Part shown: piece by piece, positions 63,175 through 64,000 of the stretch
Layout of the letters: each line of letters starts with the position of its first letter
Numbering within the stretch: position 1 is the first letter of the stretch
DNA from: Gemmatimonas sp.
Lineage (GTDB): Bacteria; Gemmatimonadota; Gemmatimonadetes; Gemmatimonadales; Gemmatimonadaceae
NCBI GenBank assembly: GCA_965279375.1
Contig: OZ257156.1
Coordinates: 1,856,001-1,920,000, forward strand
Length of the DNA stretch: 64,000 nt
Reading direction: 5' to 3'
Position numbers and translations under genes: made by a program
Notes under the pieces: model-generated
The model's input: only the letters and a program-made list of their open reading frames with translations
What the model was told of the DNA's origin: nothing
Databases searched by the model: none

Positions 63175-64000
63175 GTGAAGATTCTGCAGATCGCTTTTGC
63201 CGCGACCGACCAAAGCGGCGTGCACCGGAAGCTCGCCGAACAGGTGACGGCGTTGCGCGCGTGCGGCCAAGAGGTGGAGTCGCTGGTGTTTGCCGACACG
63301 CGCATTGCGCCGGCGCCCTCCAACGCACCCTATCGCCTCGTCGACATACAGGGTGGCGGCTTTGGTCTGGCCAGTCGCTCGGTGGCGTTTCATGCGTGCT
63401 GGGAGGCGGTGGACCAGCTGCGTCCTGACGTGGTGTACATGCGCTATCCCATCTACGATGGGCACGTGCTGCGTTTCGTGCAGGAAGCACCGCCGGTCGT
63501 GTTCGAACTGCAGACCATCTTCAAGAACGAGGCGCCTCCGCAGGTGGCCGCATTCGAGGAGAGTTGGGCTGCACGGGTACTGCCGCATACGTCGGGGCTG
63601 GTGGCGGTAACGAACGAGATACTCGAGTACGAGACCGATCGCGCCAAGTGGGCTATTCCGGGGCACGTGATGCCGAACGGTGCTGATCCTGCAACCATTC
63701 CCTTCACCACGCCGGCGTTGGCCAGCGATCGCGTGGATCTGTTGTGCGTCGCGTCGTACTACCCGTGGCACGGCATCGATCGTTTGCTGCTGGGCATGGC
63801 GGCCGAGCCTGATGTGCAGGACGTGCATCTGCATCTCGTGGGTGAGGGCCCGACCATCGCGGATCTCCGGGCGATGGTGCAGGACGCCGGGCTGCAGTCG
63901 CGCGTGCACTTTCACGGACACGTCCCTGTGAAGGAGCTAGGGAAGTGGTATCCCAAGGCGCATGTGGCCATTGGCTCGCTGGCGCCGCACCGTGTTGGCC
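63175..64000 (+). CDS. Family 4 glycosyltransferase (partial; runs off the window edge)
   Basis: Manual translation from GTG 63175: MKILQIAF..SGVHRKL..DVVYMRYP..MPNG..WHGIDRLL..LHLVGEG..VHFHG..AHVAIGSLA; open to the window end. Confidence 0.85.
   Translation, partial: MKILQIAFAATDQSGVHRKLAEQVTALRACGQEVESLVFADTRIAPAPSNAPYRLVDIQGGGFGLASRSVAFHACWEAVDQLRPDVVYMRYPIYDGHVLRFVQEAPPVVFELQTIFKNEAPPQVAAFEESWAARVLPHTSGLVAVTNEILEYETDRAKWAIPGHVMPNGADPATIPFTTPALASDRVDLLCVASYYPWHGIDRLLLGMAAEPDVQDVHLHLVGEGPTIADLRAMVQDAGLQSRVHFHGHVPVKELGKWYPKAHVAIGSLAPHRVG

Noticed and set aside
1..64000. CRISPR arrays, tRNA/rRNA, IS elements, integrases, prophage
   Set aside because: None seen by eye; the window is densely coding, and the endolysin-like M15 domain has no phage neighbours

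Overview
GC-rich bacterial DNA holding a nearly complete flagellar gene cluster (about 1-36.4 kb) followed by a large glycan-biosynthesis island (36.5-64 kb). A Gemmatimonadota/Gemmatimonas-like origin is my impression from gene order and protein style, not a tested result. The flagellar part runs on the minus strand: a sigma54 activator, flgBC-orf-fliEFGHIJ-motE-like-fliK-flgDE, fliLMN-fliO/P, fliQR-flhBAFG-fliA-orf, flgFGAHIJNK-csrA and motAB. flgL-fliW point the other way. No flagellin, fliD, fliS or clear flgM is in the window. The glycan island has a TPR-GT9 protein, two asparagine-synthetase-type amidotransferases, two SDR epimerases, an aminotransferase, acyl/acetyl/methyltransferases and six GT2/GT4-type glycosyltransferases. 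Most notable observations: (1) the FliK-position gene carries an intact M15-type (L-Ala-D-Glu) peptidoglycan peptidase domain, while FlgJ has no hydrolase domain; (2) one three-part promoter design (GG-N10-GC sigma54 site, 25-bp TAA-N4-TTG-N5-CAA-N4-TTA element, CGGCA-N5-TGCCG palindrome) recurs before four flagellar and four glycan operons, suggesting a single regulon; (3) a ChpT-like pseudo-histidine kinase, an in-frame FliO-FliP fusion, a FlhG lacking both Walker A lysines, an antisense HExxH protein splitting fliP from fliQ, and a mirror-image GT4-GT2 duplication. All calls come from motif reading by eye; no searches were run.
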